From Patescibacteria group bacterium UBA1406 (GTDB lineage: Bacteria > Patescibacteriota > Microgenomatia > UBA1406): 64,000 nt of DNA. The translations under genes were made by a program, and so were the position numbers. The notes beneath the pieces are model-generated. The model did not search any database and had not been told where the DNA came from. It worked only from the letters and a program-made list of their open reading frames with translations. Location of the stretch: assembly GCA_002305675.1 (NCBI GenBank), contig DBQA01000006.1, forward strand, positions 123,581-187,580. The letters are read 5' to 3'. The number at the start of each line of letters is the position of its first letter. Position 1 is the first letter of the stretch. This document shows, in pieces, positions 32,719-42,364 of this stretch.

Positions 32719-33308
32719 TCAATGTCATCCAGGAATTTACCACTGTCCATAACGTCGCCGTAGTACCTTTGGAACACTTTGAGGAATGACTGGTGCAGGC
32801 CCTGGTTTTCCTTATATGTGCCCACCAGGTCGGAGAGGATGACCACATTGAAGCCTTCGGCAACGGCCCTCTTGGCGGTTGCGTCGACACCAAGCTCTGT
32901 CCGGACCCCGGCCAGGACCAGCGTATCGATCTTCAATTTCAATAACCTCTCCAACAGATTGGTGTTGGCAAACGCATCGTAATACCTCTTCTTGACCAGC
33001 CAGTCGCCGTCCTTCGGTTTCAGAAAGTACGTTTCGGAGCCCCGGCTATTCAAGAGGCATAAACGAGCCCGCTCCTCCCGATTGCGATTGATGGCCACGT
33101 TCTTGGGAGAGATATCCTTCCGGGCGATGTATTGGGTGAAGAAAATAGGCACCCCCATTCTTTTTGCCTTACGATAAAACGATTTCAACTTGGGGAGCAT
33201 CTCCTGCATCGGACCGATGTCCCGGCCTAACTTAGCCGCAAATCCGTAGGGTGCGCACAGATCCACCTGCACGTCGATGATGAGGATGGCGGTCTTTTCC
33301 AGGTTCAT
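32715..33308 (-). CDS. isochorismatase-family cysteine hydrolase
   Basis: 197 aa; AILIIDVQVDLC N-terminal motif, catalytic Cys context LVLAGVRTELGVDATAKRA. Confidence 0.75.
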   Translation of the reverse strand: MNLEKTAILIIDVQVDLCAPYGFAAKLGRDIGPMQEMLPKLKSFYRKAKRMGVPIFFTQYIARKDISPKNVAINRNREERARLCLLNSRGSETYFLKPKDGDWLVKKRYYDAFANTNLLERLLKLKIDTLVLAGVRTELGVDATAKRAVAEGFNVVILSDLVGTYKENQGLHQSFLKVFQRYYGDVMDSGKFLDDIE

Positions 33309-33361
33309 GTGTTGTCAATTCTACAATATTTTACCTCACAAATCGGGTATACTATAATTCT

Positions 33362-34591
33362 ATGCCAAGGCGTTCCCGGATGAAAGTCAGGCGGTTTTTG
33401 TTCATTTTCCTGTTGGCGGTCGCGGCTTTGACCGGCCTGTTCGCTTATAAGACGCTTGATTTTCTCAAGGCCATCGGCGTCAAGAGCAAGTCCGAAAAAT
33501 CTAGTTTCACCCTATTTAAGAAGCCACCGGCAAGCTATACCGGCGTTCTTCTCGGGTATGGCGGGGGTACCCACGAGGGCGGCTATCTGACCGATACCAT
33601 CATCATCGGGCATATCAATTTCGAGACTAAACGGGCACTTTTGATATCCCTGCCCCGTGACCTATGGGTCAAGTTGCCTACCCGTTCGGGGGATACCTTT
33701 GCCACCAAGATAAACAATGTTTACCAGCTGCAGTTGTACCCGGCCACCTATCCCGACGTGAACGTGAAGAGGTACACCAACACCGATCCCAATGGCCTGC
33801 TGAAGCACGTCCTGAAGGAGATCACCGGCATGTCCATTGATTCGGTCGTGGCCGTAGACTTCCGGGCATACCGGGACGTGATAGACCTTTTAGGAGGTAT
33901 AGACATTCAGATTGACAAGTCCTTTACCGATACGGAATACCCCGTAGAAGGTAAGGAGGCCGACCTGTGCGGCAGGGATGAGGATTTCCAGAAGGTGGAG
34001 AAGTTCCTCAAGCCCGGTTATGAAGGTGAGGAAAAGGAGAAGCTTTTTGAGGAAAAACCAGAACTTGAAACGTTCCTGGCCCAGATCGAGGATGACCCCA
34101 CAAAGGCCTTTCCCTGCCGTTATCAGACCGTTTCCTTCTCCGAGGGAATGACACACTTGAGCGGAGAAGATGCCCTCAAATATGCCCGCTCACGTCATGC
34201 ACCCGAGGACGGCGGGGATTTCGCCCGCGCCAGACGACAGCAGAAGGTCATCGAAGCCGTCCGGAACCGTGTCTTGAATCCGCTGTTCCTGCCTAAAGTG
34301 CCTTCACTCATGGACACGGTCAAGGATGAGATAGAGACGGATGCGAGCTATGAGGATATCCAGCGTTTCCTGAAGGAAACGCCGAACGCCAACAAATACC
34401 GCCTTATCAAGATCGTCCTGTCCGACCAGAATTTCCTGAAGAGCGACACCTCTGACGACGGCCAGTTCATCCTGATCCCCAAGGGAGGCGAGTTCAAGTG
34501 GAATGAGATCCATAAGGCCTTCAAGCGCGTCAGTGAAGGCCTACCGCTCTCACCCACCCCCGCCCCCGCCAAAAAGACGAAAACTATGTGA
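33362..34591 (+). CDS. LytR-CpsA-Psr (LCP) family cell-envelope polymer transferase
   Basis: 409 aa; N-terminal TM; LCP core (GVLLGYGGGTHEGGYLTDTIIIGHINFETKRALLISLPRDLWVKLP). Confidence 0.85.
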   Translation: MPRRSRMKVRRFLFIFLLAVAALTGLFAYKTLDFLKAIGVKSKSEKSSFTLFKKPPASYTGVLLGYGGGTHEGGYLTDTIIIGHINFETKRALLISLPRDLWVKLPTRSGDTFATKINNVYQLQLYPATYPDVNVKRYTNTDPNGLLKHVLKEITGMSIDSVVAVDFRAYRDVIDLLGGIDIQIDKSFTDTEYPVEGKEADLCGRDEDFQKVEKFLKPGYEGEEKEKLFEEKPELETFLAQIEDDPTKAFPCRYQTVSFSEGMTHLSGEDALKYARSRHAPEDGGDFARARRQQKVIEAVRNRVLNPLFLPKVPSLMDTVKDEIETDASYEDIQRFLKETPNANKYRLIKIVLSDQNFLKSDTSDDGQFILIPKGGEFKWNEIHKAFKRVSEGLPLSPTPAPAKKTKTM

Positions 34592-34633
34592 TTTTTGCTA
34601 TACTTTTTTACTTAATAGCTCACAACTCCTATC

Positions 34634-35338
34634 TTGAGGGTAGAATTGGTTCAGTATCTGGAACAAAACCAGGCCAGGATAGTTGCCAAAGAAATGGTCC
34701 CCTTCGGGGATATCGTGCCTTTTCTAGATCCCCGGACAGCCAGGGAGATCGGGTTTCTGACAACCTTTGAGAACCAGTCGTACAAGACCGCCCAGCTCAT
34801 GAACCTGCTGTGGCGGCACCACCCTCCTACATTCAAGCACGCCACCGAAACGGCCACTTTTGCGGCCGAGCTCGCCCGGTTGGCCGGCGAAACTGATCAG
34901 ACTATGGCCGACATCAGCCAGGCCGCCCTGCTCCATGACCAGGGAAAGCTGGTTGTACCTCCCGAAGTCCTGTCAAAAACCGACCCGCTGACCGAGGAGG
35001 AGAAGTATCTTATCAGGCTTCATGATGTGGCCGGCGCAGCCATCCTCTCTTATGCCGGAATGAACCCTCTGGCAGTAACGCTTTGCTTGGAGCACCATAT
35101 CGGTAACAGCCGCTCCTTCGACTGGCCCGCCGCCCTTCTGGCAAGACGCCACCCCCTGACTCCGTATGTATCTTTGGGGGATATGCTGTCTGCGGCCATG
35201 GACCACGACCGGGAACACAAGGAACCGCTGTCTTTGGTGGAAATAACGGACGAGGTGAATGACAAGATCGACCAGGGAATATTCCCGGCCTATCTGCAAG
35301 AACCTTTCAACACGCTGGTTGCCCGGGTCAGTTATTGA
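34634..35338 (+). CDS. HD-domain protein with degenerate HD-GYP-like motif (TTG start)
   Basis: 234 aa; H...HD metal motif (LLHDQGK), HHIGNSRSFDWP in place of HHE..DGSGYP; apparent TTG initiation at 34634. Confidence 0.55.
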   Translation: MRVELVQYLEQNQARIVAKEMVPFGDIVPFLDPRTAREIGFLTTFENQSYKTAQLMNLLWRHHPPTFKHATETATFAAELARLAGETDQTMADISQAALLHDQGKLVVPPEVLSKTDPLTEEEKYLIRLHDVAGAAILSYAGMNPLAVTLCLEHHIGNSRSFDWPAALLARRHPLTPYVSLGDMLSAAMDHDREHKEPLSLVEITDEVNDKIDQGIFPAYLQEPFNTLVARVSY

Positions 35339-36296
35339 TGTAGCGCCTCACATTTTCTTCGTGCTCTGCCAGGTCTTTTGAATAATGCATGTTCTCGTTC
35401 TTGTCGGAAATATAGAACAGGTAATCCGTTTCCCTGGCATTGATGATCGCCCGGATCGAATCTAGTCCCGGGTTTGCTATCGGCCCGGGCGGCAGTCCCT
35501 GGTTGGTATAGGTGTTATAAGGCGAATCGACCTTCAGATCGTTAAAGGTAAGGTTCTTTTTCCACCATGTTTTCTCCGCGACATTATAGCCAAGAGCGTA
35601 CTGGACGCTGGCATCTACCTGCAACGGCATGCCAAGTTCCATTCTCTTCATCAGGATACCGGCCACGATCCGCTTGTCCTCATAGCTTTGCGCTTCCCTT
35701 TCGAGGAGTGACCCCAGGGTGATCAGCTCGTGCAGGGTCAAGCCTTTGGACCCTGCCCCATTAACGATCTCGCCATTCACTTTGGAGTTGAAGTTCTTCT
35801 CCATGATGCTAATGACCGTCTCTGCTTCCGCTTCCTTCGGTACCAGATAGGTGTCCGGGAACAGGTACCCTTCCTTACCGCTCGCTGCGCTGATGAAGAC
35901 GGGTTCCGGGATGTTCAGACTCTTGGAAAAAAGACCGGCAATCTCCTCCGTGCGCATACCCTCGATAACGGTCACCCATACGTCCAAGGTCCCGTGCGTC
36001 AACTCTTCGGCCACTTCTTCCGCCGTCATGGTCCGGTACAGCCGGAAGTCGCCCGCCTGAATGTTACGCTCTATCCCCTTGACCGCCACCATGATTCTGA
36101 ATACCAGCCTGTTGCGAATGAGCTTTTGGTTCTCCAGCCGCCGGGCGATTGAGTTCACGCTTTCCCCCGGCTGAATGACGAATATCTGGGGTGTCTTGTC
36201 ACTGGCGCTAACCCGCATCAGGCCCTCCCTGTACCATAGATATGACAGGAACAGAACGATTCCTAATAGAATTATTGGGGCCAAAAGCCTTCTCAT
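35328..36296 (-). CDS. mltG: endolytic murein transglycosylase MltG (YceG family)
   Basis: 322 aa; N-terminal TM, LysM-like region and YceG catalytic region (PGPIANPGLDSIRAIINA). Confidence 0.85.
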   Translation of the reverse strand: MRRLLAPIILLGIVLFLSYLWYREGLMRVSASDKTPQIFVIQPGESVNSIARRLENQKLIRNRLVFRIMVAVKGIERNIQAGDFRLYRTMTAEEVAEELTHGTLDVWVTVIEGMRTEEIAGLFSKSLNIPEPVFISAASGKEGYLFPDTYLVPKEAEAETVISIMEKNFNSKVNGEIVNGAGSKGLTLHELITLGSLLEREAQSYEDKRIVAGILMKRMELGMPLQVDASVQYALGYNVAEKTWWKKNLTFNDLKVDSPYNTYTNQGLPPGPIANPGLDSIRAIINARETDYLFYISDKNENMHYSKDLAEHEENVRRYINN

Positions 36297-36512
36297 TTAT
36301 GAAAGTTCGTTTAATAATGCTCGTCTATACTTCTTGCCGGCATTATCGTAAACGTAAACCCTTTTACATTCGCAGACGATGAAATCCTCACCCTTGCCCT
36401 TCCTGCTCCTTTTCCCGAGCTTCAGCTCCTTGCCGCAACCGACACACCGGCCACCCGTCAAAAGCCACATCTGCAGGGGCTCGATCATCTTTTTGAACAC
36501 TAGGAATTGCAT
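36297..36512 (-). CDS. small Cys-rich zinc-ribbon protein (hypothetical)
   Basis: 71 aa; CVGCG ... CEC pattern; basic; tightly packed between the phosphorylase gene and mltG. Confidence 0.4.
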   Translation of the reverse strand: MQFLVFKKMIEPLQMWLLTGGRCVGCGKELKLGKRSRKGKGEDFIVCECKRVYVYDNAGKKYRRALLNELS

Positions 36513-36515
36513 CTT

Positions 36516-37769
36516 TTACTTTTTGAACTCATAAACTGGTAAATTCTTCAAGGTAGCTGCCGCTTCATCCAGTTCCGTCCTTCTTTCAGCGAACAGCTCC
36601 ATAAGTATATCATTTTTGGCGACTTTTTCGTCAAAGCGTTTATGGAGCATTACTCCGGCCTTCTTACTGGCCGGGGCACCCAGTACCTTGGCGATGCTGC
36701 TCAAGTTATAGTTGTTCACAAGCGTCACCCTGCCGGAGACGTCGGATCTGATCTCTTTCTTATATGGCGCTTCTTTCAGTGTTTCCACCCCCACGTCCGG
36801 ATCCCCTCCTTGTACCTTTATTATCTCCCGGAATTTATTCAGGGCCCGGCCTGACCGCAGGATCTCGTCCGCCATCACCAGTCCGTCCCCCGGTTTGCCG
36901 CTCTTCTCCAGGCACATGTCCAAGAGGCGGCTCGCCAGCTTGAGGGATTTGGCTTCCAAGGCCATAGCCCTATCCGGCCTCTGCTCGAGCACCCTCAGCA
37001 CCTCCTTGACCTCGAGGAGCGCCCCCACCCCACCCCCGGCCGGCTGCCATTGATGGTTGATGTCGGTCTTGACCTTGATACCGAACCGGGCGGCCAGCTG
37101 CTTGAATTTGTCTGCGAACATGATGGCGTCCTTGACGTACTTTATCTTCATCGTCGGGCCAACAGGCACATCCAATATCAGGAGCTTTGAACCCATGGCC
37201 ACCTTCTTGGCAAGCACAGAAATCATAATCTTGTCATACGACTCGAAGGACAGGGGTTCCTCCACCCTGATGATGATGTCGTCGGCCGGCGCCACTCCCA
37301 GGTGACCGCCCCACACGATGCAGCCGCCGGTCTTCTCCACCGCCTGGATGATCTTCTTCTTGGACAGGTCGACGGGTGCCAGAAGCTCCATGCAATCGGC
37401 CGTGCCAGCCGGGGTGGTGATGGCCCGGGAGGAGGTCTTCGGGATCAGGAAACCGGCCGCCGCAATAATGGGAACGACTATCAGGGTGGTCCGCGTCCCC
37501 GGTATTCCGCCTATAGAATGCTTGTCCGCCACCACCCCTTTGAACGAGAATTTCTCGCCCGTTTCTACCATGGCCTTCACCAGATAGAAAAGCTCATCGT
37601 CCGTGAAGCCTTCCCTGAAGGAAGCGGCCGTAAAATAGGCCACGAAAATATCCCCGAGTTCGCGGCTGACGAATTCGCTCATGATGGCATGGGCCTCCGG
37701 ATAGTTGAGGGTTTTTCCCAACAGCTTTTTTTTGATGCCTTCTATAGCTAGGATTTTTTCTTCATTCAT
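36516..37769 (-). CDS. thymidine/pyrimidine-nucleoside (or AMP) phosphorylase family protein
   Basis: 417 aa; glycosyltransferase family 3 signature ADKHSIGGIPGTRTT; C-terminal PYNP domain. Confidence 0.8.
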   Translation of the reverse strand: MNEEKILAIEGIKKKLLGKTLNYPEAHAIMSEFVSRELGDIFVAYFTAASFREGFTDDELFYLVKAMVETGEKFSFKGVVADKHSIGGIPGTRTTLIVVPIIAAAGFLIPKTSSRAITTPAGTADCMELLAPVDLSKKKIIQAVEKTGGCIVWGGHLGVAPADDIIIRVEEPLSFESYDKIMISVLAKKVAMGSKLLILDVPVGPTMKIKYVKDAIMFADKFKQLAARFGIKVKTDINHQWQPAGGGVGALLEVKEVLRVLEQRPDRAMALEAKSLKLASRLLDMCLEKSGKPGDGLVMADEILRSGRALNKFREIIKVQGGDPDVGVETLKEAPYKKEIRSDVSGRVTLVNNYNLSSIAKVLGAPASKKAGVMLHKRFDEKVAKNDILMELFAERRTELDEAAATLKNLPVYEFKK

Positions 37770-37772
37770 AGA

Positions 37773-39479
37773 TCAAATTTTTTCGTCCAACTTATCTTCC
37801 ACCGGCAGGTCTGCCGAAGCCGGGGCAAAGGGCGGGGTCTTTCTGTATTTGGAGATGGTCTTTTTCAGGAAAGAGAGCCGAGTGAAAAGGCCCAGGACCT
37901 GTTTCAGCTGCTCCGGGATGAGCACCCAGGCCAGGTAAACATACAGTGATGAGCCGAAAAGGACACAGACCGCCGTCAGTGACAGTAGGTTGATGGTCCG
38001 GGTAGTGTCAAAAACCAGGCCGTCCAGAAGCCTTTTCAACAGCCAGACCCCAAGGGTGGTGATGACCGTGATCATCCCGATAACCGCCACCCGGCTTGCC
38101 ATAAAAAGCAGGCGGATGGAATCCAGTCTTCTGATGAGTATGTAAAAAAGGATAAGCGAGTTGAGGGTGATGGAGATGGTGAACGACAACGCCAGGAACC
38201 AGACCGGCAGGTTGAGATAGCGGATGAATAACACACTCAGGAGAGTGTTGAACATCGTAAATATGACGCCGGTGATAAAAGGAGTCCGCGTGTCCTGGAT
38301 GGCAAAGAACGCCCTGGTGATCACATAGTAGACGGTATGGAAAGGCAGGGATATGGCAAAGATGGATAGGACATTGGCCGTTCTGACTGTTGCTTCCCAG
38401 CCGAACTTGTCGCCGCCGAAGAAGAGACGGACGATGGGGATCCTCAAGGCTGTAAAGAAGATGACGAACGGCATCATGATAAAGGTTATCTGCAGAATAA
38501 GCTTGGTGAAAAGGTTCAGCATATCCTCTTTCTTACCCTGCGCGTACATCCGGGAAAAGAAAGGTAGGGCGGTCTGGGAAATGGCAATACCAAAAAAACT
38601 GACCGGCAGGATCTGGAGGTTTCGCGCCAGGTAAAACGAAGAGTAGCTCCCTACCCCTCGCAGGGTCGATAAGGCAAGATCGACAGTTGCGTCCACCTGG
38701 GCGGTTAGTGAATTGAAGAAGCGCGGCCAGAACAGATGGAAAAATTCCCTGATCTTATTGTCATAGAAGTTGATCTTTATCCTGATCGGGTAGCCAAGGA
38801 TGACCACCCCTAAAAGCAGGGATAGGAAGAAGAGCACTGACCCGACCACCACCCCGTACAAAGCCCCGTAGAGCCCGTAAGGCCTGGCCCACAGTATCAC
38901 CCCGGCGATGATGCCGATATTGTAGAAGGCGGGAGCAAGGCCAGGTATGAAAAACTGCTTCTCAGCTTGGAGCATGGAAGAAATGATGTTCCCCAATAAG
39001 AGGAAAGGTACCTGATAGAATAGAATTAGCAGCGACATGTGGGTTACTATGGCCACCTGGTCCGGTGTATAGCCGGGAACCAGGAACTCAATCATCCGAC
39101 CCGCCGTGAAATTCATGACCAGGAATATCAGTCCCCAAAGTACCAGGAAAATAATGGATAGCGACTGGGAAAAGGCCAGTACCTCCGCCCGATTGTCTTT
39201 TTCCTTGTCCTCGTCCACCATACCGCTGATGATGGGAATGAAGCACGAAGCGATGGACCCGGCCACGAATATCTCAAAAATAAAGTCCGGCAGCCTGAAG
39301 GCGGCAAAGAAGAGATCCAGCTGCTCCTTGTCATAATACCCCGTCAGTATTCTGAGTTTTATCAGCCCCAGAAGTCTGGCGAGAAGCAGGGTCAGCGCTA
39401 CCACCACCGTCGACGAGTAAAGTGTGCCCTGTTTGGTCTGGTATATTCTTTTAATTTGCTGCCACATAGCCTTCAACAT
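37773..39479 (-). CDS. murJ: lipid II flippase MurJ (MviN) with C-terminal extension
   Basis: 568 aa, about 14 TM helices; N-terminal TLYSSTVVVALTLLLARLLGLIKLRILTGYY typical of MurJ. Confidence 0.85.
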   Translation of the reverse strand: MLKAMWQQIKRIYQTKQGTLYSSTVVVALTLLLARLLGLIKLRILTGYYDKEQLDLFFAAFRLPDFIFEIFVAGSIASCFIPIISGMVDEDKEKDNRAEVLAFSQSLSIIFLVLWGLIFLVMNFTAGRMIEFLVPGYTPDQVAIVTHMSLLILFYQVPFLLLGNIISSMLQAEKQFFIPGLAPAFYNIGIIAGVILWARPYGLYGALYGVVVGSVLFFLSLLLGVVILGYPIRIKINFYDNKIREFFHLFWPRFFNSLTAQVDATVDLALSTLRGVGSYSSFYLARNLQILPVSFFGIAISQTALPFFSRMYAQGKKEDMLNLFTKLILQITFIMMPFVIFFTALRIPIVRLFFGGDKFGWEATVRTANVLSIFAISLPFHTVYYVITRAFFAIQDTRTPFITGVIFTMFNTLLSVLFIRYLNLPVWFLALSFTISITLNSLILFYILIRRLDSIRLLFMASRVAVIGMITVITTLGVWLLKRLLDGLVFDTTRTINLLSLTAVCVLFGSSLYVYLAWVLIPEQLKQVLGLFTRLSFLKKTISKYRKTPPFAPASADLPVEDKLDEKI

Positions 39480-39545
39480 ATAGTATAATTTAGTTGCATA
39501 ACTTTTGTATTATATTATTATTAACAGTTCAGATGTGTTTTTATT

Positions 39546-39791
39546 ATGCCCAATATCCAATCTGCGAAAAAGAAATTAAGGCAGGACAAAAAAAGGTACG
39601 AGCTTAACTTATTTTATAAAAACCGCTACAAAAAAGCAGTCCGGGCTTTCATGGCCGATCCCAAAAAGGAAAATCTCGACAAGGCGGTTTCCCTGATCGA
39701 CAAGGCTGCCAAAAAGAACGTTATACATGAGAATACAGCTGGCAGGCTAAAGTCTAAATTGAGCAAACTACAGGCATCAAAACATGGCTAA
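39546..39791 (+). CDS. rpsT: 30S ribosomal protein S20
   Basis: 81 aa; MPNIQSAKKKLRQDKKRYELN...HENTAGRLKSKLSK typical of S20. Confidence 0.92.
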   Translation: MPNIQSAKKKLRQDKKRYELNLFYKNRYKKAVRAFMADPKKENLDKAVSLIDKAAKKNVIHENTAGRLKSKLSKLQASKHG

Positions 39792-40308
39792 ACAGTTCCG
39801 CTTCAACCTTTTGGCAAAAAAGGGGGGGAACTTATTTGAAGAGACAGCTTCTTTCTTCAATAATTATGCCAGATACATCATCATCCTGACGCAGCTTGTG
39901 GTCCTGGTGGTCTTTTTCATCAAGATCATCCTGGACCAGACGGTCATCGACCTGAAGGAGGCCATAGACCAGAAGAACCAGATCATTCTATCCTCTCAGG
40001 AAATGATCAACAACAGTAACGCCCTGGCGGACAAGACGCGCGACCTGACCGTCCTCATCGATACCATAGAAAAACAGCACGCCAAGATCTACACCACTCT
40101 CAAGAACGTCCCCAAGACTATCATCCTGGACAAGATAGAGCTTGTCAACAACCGTTTTGTGATCGTGGGCCATACCTTCGAGCCGACCGACATCCAGAAA
40201 CTACAGGTCAGGCTGTCCAAGAAAACAGGGTCCAACGTCTCTATCGAAAGGATCAGTAAAGAGCATAACGTTTATAATTTCGAGATTTATATCCTGGATG
40301 AAACCTAA
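39784..40308 (+). CDS. PilN-like bitopic membrane protein (N-terminal FNLL motif, TM, coiled coil)
   Basis: 174 aa; N-terminus QFRFNLLAKK resembles the PilN INLLP motif; single TM (IIILTQLVVLVVFFIKIIL); periplasmic coiled coil. Confidence 0.45.
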   Translation: MAKQFRFNLLAKKGGNLFEETASFFNNYARYIIILTQLVVLVVFFIKIILDQTVIDLKEAIDQKNQIILSSQEMINNSNALADKTRDLTVLIDTIEKQHAKIYTTLKNVPKTIILDKIELVNNRFVIVGHTFEPTDIQKLQVRLSKKTGSNVSIERISKEHNVYNFEIYILDET

Positions 40309-40852
40309 ACAGAAGAAAAGGATCAGTCACGACTATAAGGTCATATCGTTCCTCATTCTGACCATAGCCTTTTTCGGCCTGTTCGCCATCAGACCCTCGG
40401 TCACCATGATCGTATCGCTGCAAAAGGAAAAACAGGAATACGAGAACATCAACCGGGTGCTTGAGAGCAAGATACAGCAGATAATCGCCACCCAAACCAC
40501 CTACATGAAGATCCTCGACAAGAAAGCGCTTATCAACGATGCCATTCCCGATCATCACGAAGTGCAGAAAACCGCCGAGCTTTTCCGCGATCCCATCGAC
40601 ACCACCGTGTTCACGGTCAAAGGTATCCGTATCCTGCCGCCGGAAAAGGAGGGCCTGAACACGATCGTCATCAGCTTCAGCGGCGACGGCGATTTTGCGG
40701 CCATGATGGACTTCCTGGACTACATCTATGACTCCCGGAGGCTTTTCACTTACCGGATGTTCGGGATGCAGATCAAGCCGGCCGGGACCGAAAGCGCCCT
40801 CCTCAACTTGACGACAGACCTACAAACCTACTACTATGTAGGTAAGCAGTGA
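40298..40852 (+). CDS. PilO-like bitopic membrane protein
   Basis: 184 aa; short basic N-terminus, TM (ISFLILTIAFFGLFAI), coiled coil, C-terminal alpha/beta domain; overlaps previous gene by 11 nt. Confidence 0.4.
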   Translation: MKPKQKKRISHDYKVISFLILTIAFFGLFAIRPSVTMIVSLQKEKQEYENINRVLESKIQQIIATQTTYMKILDKKALINDAIPDHHEVQKTAELFRDPIDTTVFTVKGIRILPPEKEGLNTIVISFSGDGDFAAMMDFLDYIYDSRRLFTYRMFGMQIKPAGTESALLNLTTDLQTYYYVGKQ

Positions 40853-40862
40853 TTTTTTTACT

Positions 40863-41069
40863 ATGAAAAGGGATAATGTTGCCGGCAAAAGGGAGTTCTT
40901 GTATTTCTCGTTGGTGTTCCTAATGACCGTGGTGGCCTGGATAGTGGTCGAGGTATACCACCTGGAAAAGAACAAGAAATTCACCGTCGAGTACCAGGAA
41001 AGCATGGGCGTGGAGATCAAACCCCTGCCAAAGGTTGATATCCTGGAAAAGTTGGAAGGGAAAAAATGA
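40863..41069 (+). CDS. small single-TM protein (hypothetical)
   Basis: 68 aa; TM FLYFSLVFLMTVVAWIVV; co-oriented inside the membrane-protein cluster; stop overlaps next start. Confidence 0.4.
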   Translation: MKRDNVAGKREFLYFSLVFLMTVVAWIVVEVYHLEKNKKFTVEYQESMGVEIKPLPKVDILEKLEGKK

Positions 41070-42355
41070 GCTACTACTTTCTTTACAAACCGAAAAAGGT
41101 ACCAACTCTCCTCGCCTACTCGTTTATCATCGTCACCACCCTGGGGCTGACACTTCTTTTAAAGGGCGGCCAGACCAGGAATCTGGTCTCCCGGGCCACC
41201 AAGAACCTGATACCGCAGAACCTCATCGTCAGTAACATCACCTCCACCTCGGCCACCGTCAGCTTTACCACGGAAGTCCCGGCCAAAACGGTGGTCAAGT
41301 ACGGCAGCGGCAATTCCTTGGACAAGGTTAGGTTCGACGAGCGCGACCTCCAGTCACAGACCGCCAGAAGGATCCACTACTTCATCCTCCGGGAACTGTC
41401 CCCCAGTTTAAGGTACAAGTTCGCCGTGTCAGTGGAAGGGCGAGAGCATGGGTCCGGAGACCCGGACTACCAGTTTACCACCCTGAGTTCGTCCATACCC
41501 CCCTCCTCGCATCCACCGTTATTCGGCAAAGTGGTCGATAAGAGCCTGAACGGCGCACCCGAAATCCTGGTCGAACTGACCGTCGCCAAAAGCCCGGGAT
41601 TCAGGTTCACCACCCTGACCAAGGAGACCGGGGAATGGATCATTCCCCTACCGGTGGTCCTGGACAATAGCTATCGTTCCATCACCCTGGCCGAATCCGA
41701 CACCGTTTCCTTCACCTTCAGGGATGCCGATAATACCCGGTCCGCTGCCAGAGCCTATTACAAGGACGGGAGGCCATTGAAAACAGTGGTGATAGGACAG
41801 GACTACGATTTCACGCTCACCGGGTCTGCCGGGGTTCTGGGCACAAACAAGGCAAAAGGGACTGGGAAATATGTCCTTTACCCAAGAACGAATTCCATCA
41901 TCACCACCATGTACCCATCCTTCCGGGGAACTGGAAAGGCCGGTTCCATCATTCAGCTGTCCGTGCAGCCGAATGCCTTCAGCGCCCTTGTGAACGTCGA
42001 CCGGAACGGAGAATGGCGCTACGAGAACAAAACACCGCTCATGCCCGGAAAGTATGAGCTGACCGCAACCGAGAAAGGGGCCGGCTGGACTGAAAAAATC
42101 GTCTTCCTTGTCGGTAAAAGCGGCGAAACGGTCCTCGGCGAGGCAACCCCGTCCGCCTCCATCACCCCTGACTACGGGCCGACCGTGGAGCCGACCGGCC
42201 TGCTGGGAGGGTTGCCAACCTACGCTCCCACCCCGTCACCCGTCGCCCCCACCGTGACCCAGCCTGCCATCCCTGTCGCCGGAGTGAGCAATAATCTATT
42301 GATCCTGATGGCTTCGGGTATCAGTTTATTTGGACTGCTTTTAGTTTTATATTAG
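41066..42355 (+). CDS. surface protein with FN3/purple-acid-phosphatase-N-like domain, Pro/Thr linker, N- and C-terminal hydrophobic segments
   Basis: 429 aa; N-terminal TM; FN3-like (IVSNITSTSATVSFTTEVPAKTVVKYGSG...LSPSLRYKFAVSVEG); C-terminal ...PAIPVAGVSNNLLILMASGISLFGLLLVLY. Confidence 0.55.
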   Translation: MSYYFLYKPKKVPTLLAYSFIIVTTLGLTLLLKGGQTRNLVSRATKNLIPQNLIVSNITSTSATVSFTTEVPAKTVVKYGSGNSLDKVRFDERDLQSQTARRIHYFILRELSPSLRYKFAVSVEGREHGSGDPDYQFTTLSSSIPPSSHPPLFGKVVDKSLNGAPEILVELTVAKSPGFRFTTLTKETGEWIIPLPVVLDNSYRSITLAESDTVSFTFRDADNTRSAARAYYKDGRPLKTVVIGQDYDFTLTGSAGVLGTNKAKGTGKYVLYPRTNSIITTMYPSFRGTGKAGSIIQLSVQPNAFSALVNVDRNGEWRYENKTPLMPGKYELTATEKGAGWTEKIVFLVGKSGETVLGEATPSASITPDYGPTVEPTGLLGGLPTYAPTPSPVAPTVTQPAIPVAGVSNNLLILMASGISLFGLLLVLY

Positions 42356-42364
42356 AATAGATAT

